In this document: positions 56,183-58,009 of the stretch, piece after piece
How positions within the stretch are numbered: position 1 is the first letter of the stretch
How the letters are laid out: each line of letters opens with the position of its first letter
NCBI GenBank assembly: GCA_964469535.1
Contig: CAYXZG010000001.1
Coordinates: 1-58,009, forward strand
From: an uncultured Candidatus Saccharibacteria bacterium
GTDB taxonomy: Bacteria > Patescibacteriota > Saccharimonadia > Saccharimonadales > Saccharimonadaceae
DNA: 58,009 nt
Direction: 5' to 3'
Made by a program: the position numbers and the translations under genes
The notes under the pieces: model-generated
Told to the model about the DNA's origin: nothing
The model's database searches: none
What the model saw: the letters and a program-made list of their open reading frames with translations, nothing else

Positions 56183-57212
56183 TTTTTGTAACTTTGTAAT
56201 AGTCATTAGTTGCGAAAGCGATTTCAATGGTAGTTCCCTGGCCAGGGTGTGAGCGGGCGGAGATTTTATGCCCTAATTTTTCGCAAAGCGCTCGCGCAAT
56301 ATAAAGTCCCATGCCGGTCGATTTTTGATTATAAAGGCGGCCGTTTGAACCGGTAAAGGATTTATCAAAAATTCTCGGCAAATCTTTTGCAGTGATCCCG
56401 ACACCATCGTCAGTAATCTCAAACATTAGTACATCGTCAACCCGATGTGCAGAAAAAGTTAGTGATTTTGCACGATATTTGAGACTGTTCGTAATGAGCT
56501 GGTTGATGATAAAATCGAGCCATTTTTGGTCCGTATTAACTTCATATTCTAGATTTTTAACTTGGACGGTGACATTTCGCGCGAGTAAAAGATCCTGGTT
56601 GCGCGAAAGCGCTGTATGGACCACATCGGCAAGACAAACTGGTTTCACCAGGCAATCACGTTCGACATTCTCCGCGCGAACAAGATAGAGAACTTGTTCA
56701 ATATAGTCGTCTAGCTGCTTGAGCTGGGCAGAAATTTTGCGATCGTGCACCATAAGGTTCAAGGTTGCGAGCGGAGTCTTCGCTTCGTGAATCCACATTT
56801 CGATATATTCGCGAAATTCACGACTTTCGGTCGCATATTTCTGGACATTCTCGGACATTGATTTATCAACCCGATACAATACTTCCGCCAGAATACGCCC
56901 ATCGTAAAAATGCGGCTCGGTGAGCGTTTCGAGAATGAGGTAAGCCCGATCGAGTTCCCGAAGATTAGTAAAGAGCGACTGATAGAAGCGGCGGCGGCGC
57001 AAATACTCGTAAGCCAAATTCATACTCACAAACATAGCAAAAAGGAAGGTAAAAACAACAATAAATTCAAAACTGATATGGAGAGCAAAACAAAAAAGCA
57101 ACAAAATCGAATAGATAACGCTAGCCGAGAGCCAGAACACCCAATGATCACTTAGAAAAGCCAAAAAGCTAGGTGAGTCTGTTGCTTGACTCTTGGATAT
57201 ATGGTGCGTCAT
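56178..57212 (-). CDS. BceS-like intramembrane-sensing histidine kinase
   Basis: Two close TMs, WIHEAKTP H-box, NSLKY, DDGVGI, STGMGLY. Confidence 0.9.
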   Translation of the reverse strand: MTHHISKSQATDSPSFLAFLSDHWVFWLSASVIYSILLLFCFALHISFEFIVVFTFLFAMFVSMNLAYEYLRRRRFYQSLFTNLRELDRAYLILETLTEPHFYDGRILAEVLYRVDKSMSENVQKYATESREFREYIEMWIHEAKTPLATLNLMVHDRKISAQLKQLDDYIEQVLYLVRAENVERDCLVKPVCLADVVHTALSRNQDLLLARNVTVQVKNLEYEVNTDQKWLDFIINQLITNSLKYRAKSLTFSAHRVDDVLMFEITDDGVGITAKDLPRIFDKSFTGSNGRLYNQKSTGMGLYIARALCEKLGHKISARSHPGQGTTIEIAFATNDYYKVTKK

Positions 57213-57865
57213 TGCAGAACGTATCCTAAGCCTTTGCGCGTGTCGATCGCGTTGTCGGCGCCAAGAGATTTGAGTTTGGCGCGCAGGCGACTAATCGTTA
57301 CCGTCAAAGCATTGTCGTTAATATATTCGTGATTATTCCAGAGATCCGTCATAAGCGCATCGCGCGTAACAATTTTTCCATCTGAATCGAGCAAATGGCG
57401 TAAGACAATCATTTCGTTTTTCGTCAACAGGATACGGCTGTTCCCATCTTCAATCACGCCACGATCGAGATCGATACGCAGCTGGCGAAACTGACGCGAG
57501 GCGGGTGCGTGATAACTGCGCTTAAGGACGGCCGAAATCCTCAAAAGAAGAATGTGCGGGTTGTAAGGCTTGAGAATGTAGTCATCCGCACCGTAGCTCA
57601 TTGAAATCAACTCGTCCGCCTCGGAGGCGCTACTGGTCACCATGATTACTGGCGTTTCGCTAGTGGCACGGAGCTCTTTCAACAACTGTTCGCCATTCTG
57701 GTTCGGCAAGTGAATATCGAGTAGGACAAGATCTGGGTTCAACGCCAGAATATTTTGCGTTGAGATGTAGTCCAGAGTAAATGAGTCATAGCCAGCGCCT
57801 CGCAGCAGCTCCGCCAATTCGGAACGCATAACCTGGTCATCTTCGATAATGACGATACGCTTCAT
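57209..57865 (-). CDS. BceR-like OmpR-family response regulator
   Basis: IIEDD, LLDIHLP, GADDYILKP, winged helix LTVTISRLR...TRKGLGY. Confidence 0.92.
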   Translation of the reverse strand: MKRIVIIEDDQVMRSELAELLRGAGYDSFTLDYISTQNILALNPDLVLLDIHLPNQNGEQLLKELRATSETPVIMVTSSASEADELISMSYGADDYILKPYNPHILLLRISAVLKRSYHAPASRQFRQLRIDLDRGVIEDGNSRILLTKNEMIVLRHLLDSDGKIVTRDALMTDLWNNHEYINDNALTVTISRLRAKLKSLGADNAIDTRKGLGYVLQ

Positions 57866-57892
57866 GGAGATATTATAACATTTTTTCTCACG

Positions 57893-58009
57893 GAAGTTTA
57901 TGAACCCATTCGGACGCCCTGTCTTTGTCGTTTAGTGAATCCCTTAGTCTCCTTTTAGCATCCGGTGGCGCTCTCCGGAGCGAATCGCTTTCGCTCCCGT
58001 GCTCCGGAC
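57893..58009. repeat. Second copy of the nested-palindrome element (truncated by window end)
   Basis: Matches 7914-8030 with 4 mismatches over 117 bp. Confidence 0.92.

Overview
A 58-kb chromosomal segment of a small-genome bacterium using genetic code 11, most consistent with Candidatus Saccharibacteria (TM7/CPR). This assignment is inferred from the reduced rpsB-tsf-frr-uppS-rseP-proS operon lacking pyrH/cdsA/dxr, a short ProRS, a truncated HolB, an RnhB-YraN fusion and pervasive leaderless genes. Most of it is housekeeping: tRNA-Tyr, trpS, serS, lysS, proS, cysS, ychF, tmk, tdk, ldh, radA-ruvC-ruvA, murJ, uppP, greA, ribosomal proteins, a UvrD-nuclease, rmuC and a BceRS-BceAB-like module. 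Two accessory systems stand out. (1) Six dispersed variable cassettes with no credible start codon sit in three pairs. Each encodes only the C-terminal half of a Fibrobacter succinogenes major (FISUMP)-like domain and begins with an identical 19-bp box (AAGCACTGGCAACTACCAA). All six end in a conserved LRCLTQ-stop box, which in five extends to ~50-60 bp. They show mosaic sequence sharing and have associated palindromic elements, which together suggest a silent-cassette antigenic-variation archive (gene conversion or shufflon-like). (2) A four-gene ubiquitin-like conjugation operon encodes a membrane-anchored E2-like protein, a JAB peptidase, a ThiF/E1 and a Ubl ending in Gly. Two unannotated small ORFs with their own expression signals were also found. 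All family assignments come from motif recognition by eye; no database searches were run.
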